Of a DNA stretch of 64,000 nucleotides, positions 1 to 12,266 are shown piece after piece; the stretch's first letter is position 1; each line of letters opens with the position of its first letter. The position numbers were made by a program, and so were the translations under genes. This DNA comes from Terriglobia bacterium (GTDB lineage: Bacteria; Acidobacteriota; Terriglobia; 20CM-2-55-15): contig CBDCLE010000001.1 in assembly GCA_965218585.1 (NCBI GenBank), positions 32,001-96,000 of the forward strand. Reading direction: 5' to 3'. The notes beneath the pieces were generated by a model. The model saw only the letters and a program-made list of their open reading frames with translations, made no database searches and was not told the origin of the DNA.

Positions 1-159
1 GGCCCCGTCATGGGAGGGCAGTTGATGGCCAGGCAGTGGTCGAGTGAGCAGCTCTTTTATGCAGCCGCCGTCGCCGCTCTGATTTCAGCGCTTGTGATGT
101 TTTCGCTCGGTTGGTTCTTTCGGCCCCAACAGACCACAGAACCCTCGGAAGTCATCTAG
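1..159 (+). CDS. 3' end of a probable MFS transporter (partial)
   Basis: Frame 1 reads GPVMGGQLMARQWSSEQLFYAAAVAALISALVMFSLGWFF...EVI*, resembling the last two TM helices of MFS transporters. Confidence 0.6.
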   Translation, partial: GPVMGGQLMARQWSSEQLFYAAAVAALISALVMFSLGWFFRPQQTTEPSEVI

Positions 160-1895
160 CCCGCATATTTCACCGATAGGACCAGAAAAGGCCGCCCTGT
201 CTGGCATAAAGCGTTTTGAAATAAACGTTTAACAAGCCAAACGGAGACGGCCCTTATGAGAACAGAGTGTAACCAAACGACGTTCGAATTTCACGGACTT
301 CTTCAACGAAAAGTGAAGGCGCGTTTTGACGGCGGAAAGATCACCTCCGACGCTGGGGTTCTGCTGTTGAGGGAAGTGGAAAAGCGAACGGGTCTGATCG
401 CCGGACTGGCCGAGTGTTTCAGGGATTACCGGGACGCGAGGTTGATCGAACACACGGTGAGCGAGTTATTGGGGCAGCGCGTCTACGGACTCTGTCTGGG
501 CTACGAGGATCTGAACGATCATGACCAACTGCGGACCGATCCGATGCTGGCCGTGGCGGTGGATAAGGCCGATCCACTGGGGAGAAGCGGCGGCAGGCCC
601 GAGACCGGGGAAAAGCGTTGGCGGGCAAGTGTACGCTGAACCGGTTGGAACTGACCGGGGAGCAAGTCGATGGGAAGGAGCGGTACAAGAAGATTGCCAT
701 GGACCCGGACAAGATCGACCGCTGGATGGTGGATGCATTTGTGGCGGCTCACGGATCGGCGCCCGAGGAGATTGTTCTGGACCTGGATGCGACCGATGAT
801 CCGATCCATGGCCATCAGGAAGGACGGTTCTTTCACGGCTACTACGGCAACTACTGTTATCTGCCGCTCTACATCTTTTCGGGAGAGCATCTGCTATGCG
901 CCCGGTTGCGGTGCTCCAATGTCGACGGTGCGGACGGCGCCGTCGAGGAATTGAACCGCATCATCGGCCAGATCCGGCAGAGCTGGCCGGAGGTGTCGAT
1001 TATCATCCGGGCCGACTCGGGCTTTTGCCGGGATGAATTGCTGAGTTGGTGCGAGGCCCACCAGGTCGATTACGTGGTGGGTCTGGCCAAGAACGATCGG
1101 CTCAAGCGCGAGATCGCTGAATCGATGAGTCAGGCCGAAGCCGAGTTTAACGACACCGGGAAACCGGCGCGGGTGTTTAACGATTTCCGGTATCGCACTC
1201 GGAAGAGCTGGACCTGCACCCGACGCGTCATCGGCAAGGCCGAGTTCCTGGAGAAAGGCGCCAATCCTCGATTCGTTGTGACCTCACTGTCGCCGGAACG
1301 CCTGGACGCCCGCGCCCTCTATGAAGACTTTTACTGTGCGCGGGGCGACATGGAAAATCGCATCAAGGAACAGCAGTTGGATCTATTCGCCGACCGGACC
1401 AGCGCGGCAACCATGCGCGCCAATCAACTCCGGCTCTATCTGTCCTCGGCCGCCTACATGCTCCTGCACGCGTTACGCCGTCTGGGACTGAAGAATACCG
1501 ATCTGGCCCGCGCTCAGTGCCAGACGATCCGCTTGAAGCTCCTCAAGATCGGAGCTCAAGTCCGTCTGACGGTTCGCAACATCTGGATCTCCATGTCGGA
1601 AGCCTATCCCTACGCCGAGGTCTTTGCCCTCGTCCATCGAAACCTGCAGGCGCTTCCTCTGCGCTGCTGAGAACCGACCCGATCCCCTGCGCCAAAATCG
1701 ACTCGCTCTTTTCGGCTCCGCCGAGGTTTGTCTCAGTGCGTTTCGTCACCCTCTTCTGAACCCGAAAACGCAGCAACTCCCGCTTGTCGACACCGCCGAG
1801 TCACGCCACACATGCCCAATTCGAACCCAGATCCTCCCGAATCCGATTCTTACTGCCCAAATCCCCCTGATCGCCGGACTGGTGAAACATGCGGG
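160..1895 (+). mobile_element. IS1380-family insertion sequence
   Basis: TIRs CCCGCATATTTCACC / GGTGAAACATGCGGG (1 mismatch), flanked by CTAG duplication at 156-159 and 1896-1899. Confidence 0.92.
256..1670 (+). pseudogene. IS1380-family transposase, frameshifted near 585-620
   Basis: FDGGKITSDAG, YEDLNDHD, LDLDATDD, RADSGF and ENRIKEQQ motifs split over ORFs 256-639 and 618-1670. Confidence 0.9.
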
Positions 1896-1919
1896 CTAGA
1901 ATCGAACGATATTGAGACG

Positions 1920-2480
1920 GTGGCCCGCCTGGGCGACACCCTGGGCTACGCTCGCGTCTCGACCCACGACCAGAATCCCGACGCCCAGCGCGACCGGCTC
2001 ATTGAGGCGGGCGCCATTCGCGTCTTCACCGACATCGTCTCGGGTCAGCGCTTCGACCGCCCGGCCCTCGCCGAGCTCATCGATCACGCCCGACCCGGTG
2101 ACCGCCTCTGCATCATTCGCCTCGACCGACTCGGACGCTCACTCAGGGAACTGCTCGAAATCGTCGACGATCTCAAGACCCGGGGCATCCACCTGGTCAG
2201 CCTCGAGGAGCGTCTCGACACCTCCTCCGCGGCCGGTGAACTCGTGTTCCACGTCTTCGGCTCCATCGCGCACTTCGAACGCCGGCTCATCTCCGAGCGC
2301 ACCCGCGACGGCATCGCCGCGGCCAGGAAACGCGGGCGAACACCAGGTCGACCGCCGCTGGACCCGGAGACGGTTTCCGCCGCCCAGAAACTCATCGAGG
2401 CCGGATTGTCTCCCGCTCGAATCGCAAAACAGCTAGGTATTGGCAGGGCAACGTACAGGATTGCAAGGTCGGTGCGTTGA
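1920..2480 (+). CDS. Serine recombinase (resolvase/invertase) with C-terminal HTH
   Basis: GYARVST, LDRLGRS and ERTRDG..GRP motifs; start uncertain (upstream part of the listed ORF lies inside IS1380). Confidence 0.88.
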   Translation: MARLGDTLGYARVSTHDQNPDAQRDRLIEAGAIRVFTDIVSGQRFDRPALAELIDHARPGDRLCIIRLDRLGRSLRELLEIVDDLKTRGIHLVSLEERLDTSSAAGELVFHVFGSIAHFERRLISERTRDGIAAARKRGRTPGRPPLDPETVSAAQKLIEAGLSPARIAKQLGIGRATYRIARSVR

Positions 2481-2517
2481 AGTCGAAACCGAGGCTTTTC
2501 GGTCCCTTAGAGTAATT

Positions 2518-3078
2518 CTACGTACAAACCTTGCGATGACCCCATTCGGGAACTTCCTCCAGGTTCGCTAGCAGTTCGGAGAAGTACCGCCCTCCGTGCA
2601 ACCGTTGCTTGTTGTATTCAGTACCGGTTTCCATTAGTAGTCCTGCAATCCGGTTCTTCATCCGCACCGCTTCGGTCACAACCAGATTCCGGTACCGCAA
2701 CATTCGTCTCAGCTCCCGGATCTCAGTCAGGGCGATATAGCATTCCGGCAGTAGATCGCATCGCAGCAGATCGGCGATCTTTCTCGCATCGACCCGATCG
2801 TTCTTTTTCTTGGATGCCGCTATGGCCTTCAGCATCGGTGGATGTGCGACTTTCAACTCCATCGCCCAGGGTTTCAGCGTGTCATAGACCCATCCGGTGA
2901 ACATGGTCGCTTCCATGGCTCCCACCCACGGCTCCCGGCGTTCGACAGCCCAGTCCTCAAGCTTCCGACGGGTTGCTGCAATCACTCCTTCCTCCGTAAT
3001 CTTTCCGTCATTCTGTTTCACACAGTAGCTAATCGTTTTCTTGTGGATATCGAATCCGATATAGTGATTCACGTTCAT
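2518..3078 (-). pseudogene. IS110-family transposase, N-terminal half only
   Basis: YIGFDIHKK, MEAT and KNDRVDA (DEDD domain); ends abruptly without the C-terminal domain. Confidence 0.85.
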
Positions 3079-3259
3079 TTGCCCTCCCGTTGTGTTTTCT
3101 GAGCGGGTGTCCATTCACCCGTCTCGGCTCTTTTAAACACGTCGGGAGGGTTTCTGTCATCTGAAATGCCCGGCACCTATGCATTCAAACACTGAGTGCG
3201 AAAAACCGGGCTTTCAGCAGCTCGAGATTACTGCCAACTAGACCATACATCAACCTGAC

Positions 3260-3448
3260 ATGCTCAATGGAGGCCTGCACCCTCCGGCAAAAGGACCTCG
3301 GCGTCCTGATCGGATCCCAGTCTCATGCCTCGGAGGTGCTCAACCGTTGCTGTCCGCTAACCCTGCCAATGATCCGGCCTTGTCGGCTGAATGGAACCTT
3401 CCGGCCGACATGCTTGTGCGCGAGTATGCCCTCAGAGCCGGGCCATAG
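3260..3448 (+). pseudogene. HigA-like HTH antitoxin fragment
   Basis: LRQKDLGVLIGSQSHASEVLN..PLTLPMIR continues in another frame as LSAEWNLPADMLVREY. Confidence 0.65.
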
Positions 3449-3593
3449 AGGCTTCACCAGTGCCTTTAGGAGTGGGAAGTCAAGCCGTTGATGAACATGG
3501 GATTAATTGCACCATGTTATTTCCTGACCCGGCGCCCAATGTGAGCTGCTTTTCAGCGGCCCTGAAGCACTTACTCTCGCTAAGATCTTACCA

Positions 3594-5190
3594 CTACGAT
3601 TTCAGATCGAAGCGGTCCAGGGTCATCACCTTCGTCCATGCCTCAACGAAGTCATGCACGAACTCTTCCTGCGCGTCGTCCGCGGCATAGAACTCAGCAA
3701 CAGCGCGCAGCTCAGAATTAGAACCAAAGATCAAGTCAACTGGAGTAGCTGTCCACTTGAGCTCGCCGGTGGCGCGATCAGAACCCTCGTAAATGCCCTC
3801 GGTGGATGACTCGGTCCACTGGGTTGACATGTCGATCAGGTTGACAAAGAAGTCGTTGCTCAGTGTGCCAGGACGGTCTGTGAACACGCCGTGAGCCGAG
3901 CCTCCAGCATTGGCATCCATAGCTCGCATGCCGCCGACAAGGGCCGCCATTTCAGGAATTGTCAGGTTCAGCAGAGCCGCCTTCTCCACCAGCATTTCCA
4001 CCGGAGATCGGGGGTTAACGCTCGCAAAGTAGTTGCGGAACCCATCCGCGGTCGGCTCAATCAGAGCAAAGGAGTCCACATCGGTCTGCTCCTCGGAGGC
4101 GTCCATGCGACCAGGTACAAAGGGCACATCCACGTCGACCCCGGCCCTTGCAGCCGCTTGCTCAATGGCTGCAGCACCGCCGAGAACGATCAGGTCGGCA
4201 AGAGAGATTCGCTTGTCGCCTGATTGCGCGCTGTTGAAATCACTCTGGATCTCCTCCAGGGCCTCCAACACGCGGCCCAGTTCAGCCGGATCGTTTGCAA
4301 CCCAATCATTCTGGGGCACGAGACGAATACGGCCGCCGTTGGCGCCACCGCGCATATCGGTCCCGCGGAAAGTGGATGCTGAGGCCCAGGCGGCCCTCAC
4401 TAATTCAGCGGCAGACAAACTGGAGTCAAGAATCTCAGCTTTCAGCTCGGCCGCATCCTGTGCATTGATCACGGTGTGATCAACTTCAGGAATGGGGTCT
4501 TGCCATAGGAATTCCTGGTCAGGCACCAGATCACCGAGGTAACGCGACGCCGGACCCATGTCGCGGTGAGTCAGCTTGAACCAGACCCGGGCGAAAGCGT
4601 CTTCGAACTCTTCCGGGTTCTCGAGCCAGCGCGAAGTGATCTCACGATAGGCCGGGTCCACCTTCAGTGCAAGGTCGGTGGTCAACATCATTGGCGCATG
4701 CCGTTCGGACGGATCGCGGGCATCCGGCACTAAATTCGATGCAGTACCGCCAGCGGGTTCCCACTGGATTGCACCGGCAGGGCTTCGAGTCTGCACCCAC
4801 TCATAGGCGTACAAATTTTCAAGGTAGTTATGGGTCCAGGCTGCGGGGTTGATCGTCCACGCACCTTCCAGGCCACTGGTGATCGTGTCGGCGCCATTGC
4901 CACTGCCGTAGCTGTTTTGCCAGCCCAGTCCTTGTGCTTCGATATTGCCAGCCTCGGGCTCAACACCTACGTACTGGGACGGATCAGCGGCGCCATGGGC
5001 TTTACCGAAGGTATGGCCACCCGCAATCAGCGCAGCCGTCTCTTCATCATTCATCGCCATGCGACCGAAAGCCTCACGTATGGCGTCAGCGGCCGCCTGC
5101 GGATCCGGGTTGCCGCCCGGGCCCTCAGGATTCACGTAAATCAGGCCCATCTGCGTCGCACCGAAAGGAGGATCCAGGGCTCCGTCCTCA
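3594..5190 (-). pseudogene. katG: Catalase-peroxidase, 5'-truncated
   Basis: [24 protein letters not shown] and [11 protein letters not shown] motifs; N-terminal part replaced by IS256 sequence at 5191. Confidence 0.93.
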
Positions 5191-5916
5191 TTCCCGCTGC
5201 CCGCTCTCACAGGCCAACAGCACTTTGCGCCCGTCTGACAAGGCTCCGATGATCACCAGCAATGCCGCTCGCTCTTTCGCGATCCCCGCTTTCACGTACA
5301 AGCCGTCTGCCCACTGGTACACGACCTCGAGGCCGGACAGGTCCTGCTGGACCCACTCGTCATACTCCAACTGCCAGGTCGATTTCAGTCGTTGGATCGA
5401 TGCTCGCGACAACGGAGCGCCAGCGCCAAGCAGTCCGCGCATGGCCTGCTCGAAGTCCCCTGTGGCCAGACCGTGGAGGTAGAGATCGGGAAGTAGCTCG
5501 CCCAGCTGTTTCGATTTCCGTCGAAAATACGGCAGGATCTGACTCTCGAACCGCTCGGCGGTGTTTCGAACCCGAGGTCGTCGAACCTCCATCGTACCAT
5601 TCATCATTGCGAAGCGTCGCGGTTTCCCGTGACCGTTCCGGTATCCTCGTCGATTCGGACTCCGCTCCGACTTTTCCCGACCCAGAAATTGAGTGACTTC
5701 GTCCTCGAGCAGCTCCTGTAGCCAGACTTGGACCCGGGATCGCGCCCAGTCCTCCAAACCTTCATACGCGTTCGTTGACGCCACTGATGCCGGTATGTTC
5801 TTCTTCTTCATGGGTGGTGTACCTTTCTCCCGATTGCTGCCGGGATTGCTTACGGTTTCGAATTCACCGAAAGCGTACACCGCCTTCTCTTTTTACACAC
5901 CGATTGGAACGACCTC
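5191..5916 (-). mobile_element. Partial IS256-family element (left end plus 5' half of transposase)
   Basis: Near-identical to the first ~725 bp of the element at 18463-19827, including TIR GAGGTCGTTCCAATCGGTGTGTAAAA. Confidence 0.92.
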
Positions 5917-5969
5917 CCGATAGCTGCCGACTATGCGAAGCATTCAGACTAACGACGCATAGGGGCAAT

Positions 5970-6267
5970 CAGGTACCGCCCGCTGAGCGGGCGGTATGAC
6001 GAAGGCCCCCGAGGGGGCCTATAAGGGCATCCTTGCTTCCAGCCTTCTGGCCATCACAATCCACCTGTCGCTTTCGCCCGATGACGTGGACGCCGAGTGA
6101 CACGACCGATGCGATACAATCCGTCGTGGGACTGGCACTGTCATTCGCCAATGACGGTCTCCCTCAATTCGCACGTGGTGGTTCGTTGATGGAGACCGTC
6201 TACCGAACTGCACGACGGGATGGTCGAACCTCTTCGAGTCTCACCGCCAGAGGCGGTGGCTTACCGT
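5970..6267 (-). mobile_element. IS200/IS605-like non-autonomous remnant
   Basis: Subterminal hairpins CACCGCC-aga-GGCGGTG (6242-6258), TACCGCCCGC-tga-GCGGGCGGTA (5974-5996) and AGGCCCCC/GGGGGCCT, plus a 10-bp stem covering the RBS (6153-6162/6191-6200). Confidence 0.55.
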
Positions 6268-6495
6268 TGTGAGTTAAATGTATCGCTTGACGATGGCACA
6301 CGGTCCGCCATGTCTATAGCGGGCCGACAGTCTGGCCGCGGGTGCGGAACGATTGGCATCGACGTGGAGTAGCGACAACCCGATCCATACAACCCGTAGT
6401 GATATCATTAACAAACCATGTGGATTTCTTGACCTTAGCGTCTGTTCGTTCGGGCCGTGGGACAGCATCGCGGGTCGGCTGCAAAGTAAAGGCAA

Positions 6496-7050
6496 ATGGC
6501 GGGAAAGGGCGTGGCATCCAACGGGCGTTTTGGCTTGGCTATCATAAGCCGCCCTGCGCCGCGCCGCGCACGGCCCAGCCGGCTCGCCCTCACCGCCCTG
6601 CTCGCCCTGTCCGGCCTCGCCTCCGCCCAGGTCGGCGTTCCCAGCGACTGGAGTCTCATTCCCTCCGGACTCGGCCCCGGCGACAAGTTCCGCCTGATTT
6701 TCGTCACTTCCACCAGGCGCGCCGGCACCAGCGGCAACATCGACAACTACAACAACTTCGTCCGGACCGCCGTCGGCTCCGGCCACGACGACATCCAGGA
6801 CTACAGCACCCAGTTCACGGTCCTCGCCAGCACGGCGTCCACTGACGCCCGCGACAACACCAGGACCACCTTCACTAGCTCCGACAAGGGCGTGCCCATC
6901 TACTGGCTCAGCGGCAACAAGGTCGCCGACAACTACGAGGACTTCTACGACGGATCGTGGGACGACGAAACGAACGCCAAGGACGAGTCGGGAGCCGACT
7001 GCACGGTCCCCTCGCCCTCCTCGGGGCACTCCCGGTCCGGCGGCCGGTGA
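6496..7050 (+). CDS. Secreted lectin-like domain protein, probably truncated
   Basis: Signal-peptide-like LALTALLALSGLASA; GLGPGDKFRLIFVTS and PIYWLSGNKVADNYEDFYDGSW motifs. Confidence 0.6.
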   Translation: MAGKGVASNGRFGLAIISRPAPRRARPSRLALTALLALSGLASAQVGVPSDWSLIPSGLGPGDKFRLIFVTSTRRAGTSGNIDNYNNFVRTAVGSGHDDIQDYSTQFTVLASTASTDARDNTRTTFTSSDKGVPIYWLSGNKVADNYEDFYDGSWDDETNAKDESGADCTVPSPSSGHSRSGGR

Positions 7051-7151
7051 GTGTTTCCGGTTCACCATCGCGGATGCACGCACATTCAAGCGCCGAAACG
7101 TTCAATGAAAAGCCCTGGCTCCGTTACGGGCGGACTCGCCTCGATGACCGG

Positions 7152-8381
7152 ATGTTTCGCCTCGCCACCACTGATTTTCATCGCGCATCCCGGCTTGCAG
7201 CGTCTGCTTTTGCCGCAGTCCTGTTCGTGATGACTGCGGTTCCCGCCGTGCATGCCTCGCCGAATTTTCAAACGATCTTGCGGAAGGCCCCGGCCAGCGA
7301 GCACACCGGCGCCGACACGCTCACTTGGCTGCTCACCTTCACCGAGCCTGTGACGAATGTGGACCCGGCGGACTTTGTGGTGTCTGGCACGACGGCGGCG
7401 CTTGCACTGGAACCACTTGAGTTGGACGAGGAGGGGTGCAGCCAGCAATGGGATGCGACCCTGTCCGGCGGCGACCTCGAAGGCCTGACCGGGACGGTGA
7501 CGCTGACCGTTTCCGGTCAGCAAGGCATCTGGGGCTGCCTCGGCAACGGCGAAGAAATGACGCATCCCGGACCGAATGATACGAACCACAACACGTTCGT
7601 CGTAAACAACGACCCTGAGTCGTGCTCAGGCGGCGGCTATAACCCAACGCCGGCGGCGGTAGAGGTTACGGCAGTTCCCATCGTGGTCACGTCCACGACT
7701 GCGGACTACTTCGTGCTTTATGTCCGGCACGAGTTGGCCGCGGACACCAGCGTCGAGATTCCGGTGTTGGTGAAGCGGGGCGAAGCGGGCACGACCACCC
7801 TTGCCGAGAACGTGGCGGCGGTTCCCAAGGAGCGCTACCGGGTGGAGAAGTACCTCGCCGACGCGCCGGGCATGAACCCGGTGAACCCCGCCGCCCTCGA
7901 GATCAACGACATCGCCGTGGCCGTTCCCGATCGGGCGACGTTCGAGGAGCTCTCCCAGCTATTCCGGGGCGAGTTGCATCTCCAGTTCCTTTTGTTCGGC
8001 ATGAACACCGCACGACCGGGTGTGTACTTCATGAACACTGGGGTATGGCCAAGCCACGAGGGATTCCGGCGGGCCATCAACCTGGAGTGGAGCAAGGGCC
8101 TGGTCATGGAAACGATCATCTATGACCCGGATCTGGTGGCGCCCGATGGCAGTTCGGGGGTCTACCATTTCCAGGATCGGGATGCTCCCTTCGGCCTTGC
8201 GGCGCGTGCCTATACGGTGCTCGCCGCCAGCATGCCGCTGCTCGACGACAGCCTGGCCTTCCACATACCAAAAACATTACGCTCCCGTACTCCCAGACCG
8301 ACTTGCCTGCGTACAGGGAGTCCCGACTCAACCTGGTCTTCGACGAGGACGTTCTCCCCGATACCGACTTTCTGGCCTTGA
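7152..8381 (+). pseudogene. 5' part of a large secreted protein, frameshifted relative to 8303-11010
   Basis: Signal peptide, Ig-like LTFTEPVTNVDPADFVV segment; overlaps the downstream ORF out of frame. Confidence 0.55.
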
Positions 8382-11010
8382 ACACGGGGGAAGGGTACGG
8401 CTTCCTGCGGGTCATGGACCTGGAGGACCGTCCCAACCCCCTCGACGAGACCTCCATCGCCTCTCTCCTCGATGGCTACGTCCACTACGAGGTGACCGAG
8501 AACGGATGGACCCTGCGCGCAGCCACCCGCGCCGAAGTGGACGACCACTACGCGTCTTCCCGGCCCGCCCTGGAGCAGACCCCGCAACGCGACCTCTCGG
8601 TCACCACGATCACTCCCCTCAGTGAGATCGGCTTCGAGGACTGGACCGCGTTCGGCGTCAAGGCGGCCAACGTAGCCGTGCTGGGGACGCTGGGATTTCC
8701 AGCCGGGACCGTGCCCGACGGGTTCGCGATCCCGTTCTATTTCTACGACGAGTTCATGAAGGCCAACGGGTTCGATGACGACATCGAGGAGATGCTGGCC
8801 GACACCGATTTCCAGTCGGACTTCGAAACCCAGGATGACATGCTCGATGATCTGCGCGACGACATCAAGGACGCCGAGACGCCCGAGTGGATCATCGCGG
8901 CGCTGACCGAAATGAACGAGGGGTTTCCCGAGGGGATCAACCGTCGCTACCGGTCCAGCACCAACAACGAGGACCTGCCGGGGTTCAACGGCGCGGGCCT
9001 CTACGGCTCCAAGTCGCAGAGGCCCGATGAAGACGAGGAGGATCTCGCCAAGTCCCTCAAAGAGGTGTACGCCAGCCTGTGGAACTTCCGCGCCTTCATC
9101 GAACGCGACTTCCATCGCATCGACCACACGGCGGCAGCGATGGGGGTGCTGGTGCATCCCAGCTACCAGGACGAATTGGCCAACGGCGTCGCCGTCTCCT
9201 TCGATCCCGTCTCGGGCGGAGAAGGGTCGTACTACGTCAACACGCAGGTCGGCGAGGATCTGGTCACCAATCCGGATGCGCTTTCGGTGCCGGAAGAAAT
9301 TCTGTTGCGTCCGCTTGGAAGATTGGTCGTCCTTGGCACCTCCAACCAACTGCCGCCCGGGGAACTCATCATGAGCGGCGCTCAGATGGCTCAGTTGGGC
9401 GGCAGCCTCACGGTAATCGATGACCACTTCGCAGGGCTGTACAACCCCGCGCCCGGGGAACCGTTCGACATGGAAATCGAGTTCAAGATCACCAGCGAGA
9501 ATATCCTGGCGATCAAGCAGGCCCGCCCCTGGGTCTTCAGCACCGGCGTTGGTGCCGTGGGCGCGGACACAGGAGAAGGCGGCGGTGCCGGGGGCTCCGG
9601 AGGAGGAGGCAGCAGCGGTGGGGGTGGAGGCGGCAGCGGCGGTGGAGGTGGAGGTGGCGGTGGTGGCGGGCCGCGCCAAACGGTGCCGGACGCGCCCACA
9701 CACCTAATAGCGGAGGCCGCAGATGCGGCGGTAACGCTGACCTGGGACGCGCCGGAGGACGATGGCGGGTCCGCGATCACCGATTACGAGTACCGGATCG
9801 ACGGGAAGGGACGCTGGATATCGATTGGCTCCACCGACACCACCCATACGGTCACCGGGCTCGACAACGATACGATCTACACCTTCCAGGTACGGGCGGT
9901 GAACCGCATCGGCAGGAGCCAGCCTTCTTCGGACCCGGTGGAGGCGACGCCGAGGATGCCGGTGGCTCTGGACTTTACGCATTTCACCAATGGCGGCCTG
10001 ATCACGTCCGATCTGGTGCTGGTGAATGCGGGTGCCGCGCCGATCCGTCCCGTCCTCTACTTCTACGACCCGGAAGGCCATCTCATGGATCCCGAAGCGG
10101 TGGTGGACATCACGGGCGATCTGATGGTCACCGAAGACGGCAGCCTGACGGTCCAGACGGAGATGGAGCCGCTGGGCGAACTCACGATTTCAACCCACGG
10201 GCGAGGGGAGATGGTGAGCGGATCGGTGAAAGTAGTTGCGGACGGGCCGATCGGCGGGGGCCTACGCTTTGACATCCCCGACCTCGGGGTCGCCGGGGTG
10301 GGGGCCAGTTCACCCGTCCAGGATGCCCTCTTCCCGGCCCGCCGGCAGGCGGGAGGCATCCGCACGGCGGCGGCCATCCACAACCTGGGAGCGGAAGCGA
10401 TGGGGGTGAACTGCCAATTGATGAGCGGGGGCGTCGCGCTCGAAGAGGTGGCGATTCCCCTGGAGGCCAACGGGCAGACGGCCTGGTTCATCGAAGATGC
10501 GTTCACCGCGACCGATACGTCCGACTTCACAGGGTCGGTGCGCTGCACCGCGCCCGGGGAGGGACGGTTCACCGCAATTGCGGCGGAGATGGATGCCGCC
10601 AGGGGTATCTTCACCACGCTGCCGGTCGTGGAGGTGAACCGGGGCCGGGCCGAGGCGACCACTCTGGACTTTGCGCATTTCGCCAACGGGACCTGGATCA
10701 CCGATCTGGTGTTCGTGAACCTGGAGACCCGGCAGAGCGGTCCTCCCCTCACTCCCTTTCATACGGCCATCCTGCCAAGTCGTCCCGCTATTTATTTCTA
10801 CGACACCGAGGGCAACCCGATTGCCCCCGCATCGGTGGTGGACCTCACGGGCGATCTGATGGTCACCGAGGACGGGGCTCTGACGGTCCACACGGACATG
10901 GAGCCGCTGGGAGTGCTCACGATTTCGACCCACGGGCGCGGGGATCTGGTGAGCGGATCGGTGAAGGTGGTCTCCTCGGAGGGTCCCATCGGCGGGATGG
11001 CCGCCCCTCG
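8303..11010 (+). pseudogene. PEP/pyruvate-binding (PPDK_N-like) domain + Gly linker + fibronectin III + repeated beta domain; 3' end cut by an IS701 fragment
   Basis: GVKAAN, RYRSSTNNEDLPGFNGAGLY, DMEIEFK, IKQARP; FN3 PDAPT..WDAPEDDGGSAITDYEY..FQVRAVN; internal repeat ~9960-10260 vs ~10660-10995. Confidence 0.8.
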
Positions 11011-11126
11011 CGACGCCAGGCGTTCCAAATAGGCCGCAAAACGTTTTTCCTGAGTGCCTGGCGCCTTCGATTTGGCGCTCATGACCGGATGCTAACATAA
11101 AATAGGCCGTTTGTAACACAGTAGTA
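11011..11126 (-). mobile_element. IS701-family terminal fragment
   Basis: Near-identical to ~23028-23142 of the full copy; followed by CTAG. Confidence 0.88.
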
Positions 11127-11400
11127 CTAGGCACAGGTGCTTACCCGGTTCGGCTAGGTCTTCCACGATGCACCTCGGCGTGGAACCATAAATCCGGCAC
11201 ACAACCTCATCTAAGGCAGACTTCACCTTTGTTGCGTTCTCTAGCGTGGGATTAATTAGCACGTCCATATCGCCCACGCTGGCCAGCGAGCGATAGTGGG
11301 ACCGAGCCATGCTCCCGAAGAGCAGGTACTCGACGCCTTCTTTGTTGAAGGCTCTCAGCAGATGGACACAGTTTTCGGTCCCACGCTCCGGAAGTTTCAT
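11127..11400 (-). pseudogene. Nucleotidyltransferase-like protein truncated by IS701
   Basis: VEYLLFGSMA...GDMDVLI (G-S, DxD) motif. Confidence 0.65.
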
Positions 11401-11615
11401 TTTTCGAGTGTTCTGTAGGAGATATGGTAAACGCGAAGGCTTTTCCAACAGCGTCGCGCTCTTGTAGCGGTACAGACCTTGGCCCCTGCCGTACTGGCCG
11501 GCCATATGGAGGTCGAGTCCGGCAGGGGGCGAAATCCTACTTTAAGGGTTTGCCCCATGCCGGCGACGCCATTGGAATTTTTCACGCGCTTAGCGAACCG
11601 ACCAGATCTTCCTGT

Positions 11616-11975
11616 TCACACGACGTACGGCTCGATCTCCTGTTCGATCTTGGCGCGCACTGTGCGTTCGGCGACGTCGAGATCGTAACGGGTCTGAAGA
11701 TTGATCCAGAACTCCGGCGTCGTCCCAAAATAGCGCCCCAGGCGCAGTGCGGTGTCGGTCGTGACGCCGCGGCGTCCGAGCACTAGATCGTTCAACCTGG
11801 GGCGCGAAACCTTGATTGCTTTGGCAAGTCGGTACACGCTGAGATCCATTGGCGATAGAAATTCATCACGCAGGATCTCGCCGGGATGCACCAGCGGCAG
11901 CCGACGCCCCGAAACCACGTCCGAGAAATCAACCTTTCCTCGGTCCATGTCCTCACGTTTGATGGTTGTGTTCAT
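11616..11975 (-). CDS. higA: HigA-family antitoxin
   Basis: HPGEILRDEFL, TALRLGRYFGTTPEFWINLQ. Confidence 0.93.
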   Translation of the reverse strand: MNTTIKREDMDRGKVDFSDVVSGRRLPLVHPGEILRDEFLSPMDLSVYRLAKAIKVSRPRLNDLVLGRRGVTTDTALRLGRYFGTTPEFWINLQTRYDLDVAERTVRAKIEQEIEPYVV

Positions 11976-11984
11976 TCCACCTCC

Positions 11985-12266
11985 TTAATGGTAGTCAACG
12001 ATCTCGACCTTCCATGCTTCGCCATCGCGCCAAGCGAAACAGATACGCCATTGTTCGTTGACGCGAATGCTGTATTGCCCTCGGCGGTCGCCTATCAACG
12101 CCTCAAGCCGATTGCCGGGCGGTGCCTTCAGATCGTCAAGTCGGCCTGCGGCATCGAGCGCCAGGAGTTTCGCCCGCGCCCGCCGTTGGATCTGCACTGG
12201 CAGGCCATGAACGGCATGGCCCGCGAAGATGGCTGCACTGCGTTTGTCGACGAAGCTCTTGATCAC
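11985..12266 (-). CDS. higB: HigB (RelE-like) toxin
   Basis: MIKSF, PPGNRLEAL.GDR.GQYSIRVNEQWRICF, VEIVDYH; lies upstream of higA. Confidence 0.93.
   Translation of the reverse strand: MIKSFVDKRSAAIFAGHAVHGLPVQIQRRARAKLLALDAAGRLDDLKAPPGNRLEALIGDRRGQYSIRVNEQWRICFAWRDGEAWKVEIVDYH

Noticed and set aside
9590-9670. GGN low-complexity tract (also 51110-51180)
   Set aside because: Simple Gly-rich coding linkers
8210-9703. Long antisense ORFs (e.g. 8210-9703, 43252-44289, 20032-21006)
   Set aside because: Shadow frames of real high-GC genes, with no motifs
9960-10995. DGR-like template/variable repeat in the FN3 protein
   Set aside because: Both copies are in-frame coding domains and the differences are not adenine-specific
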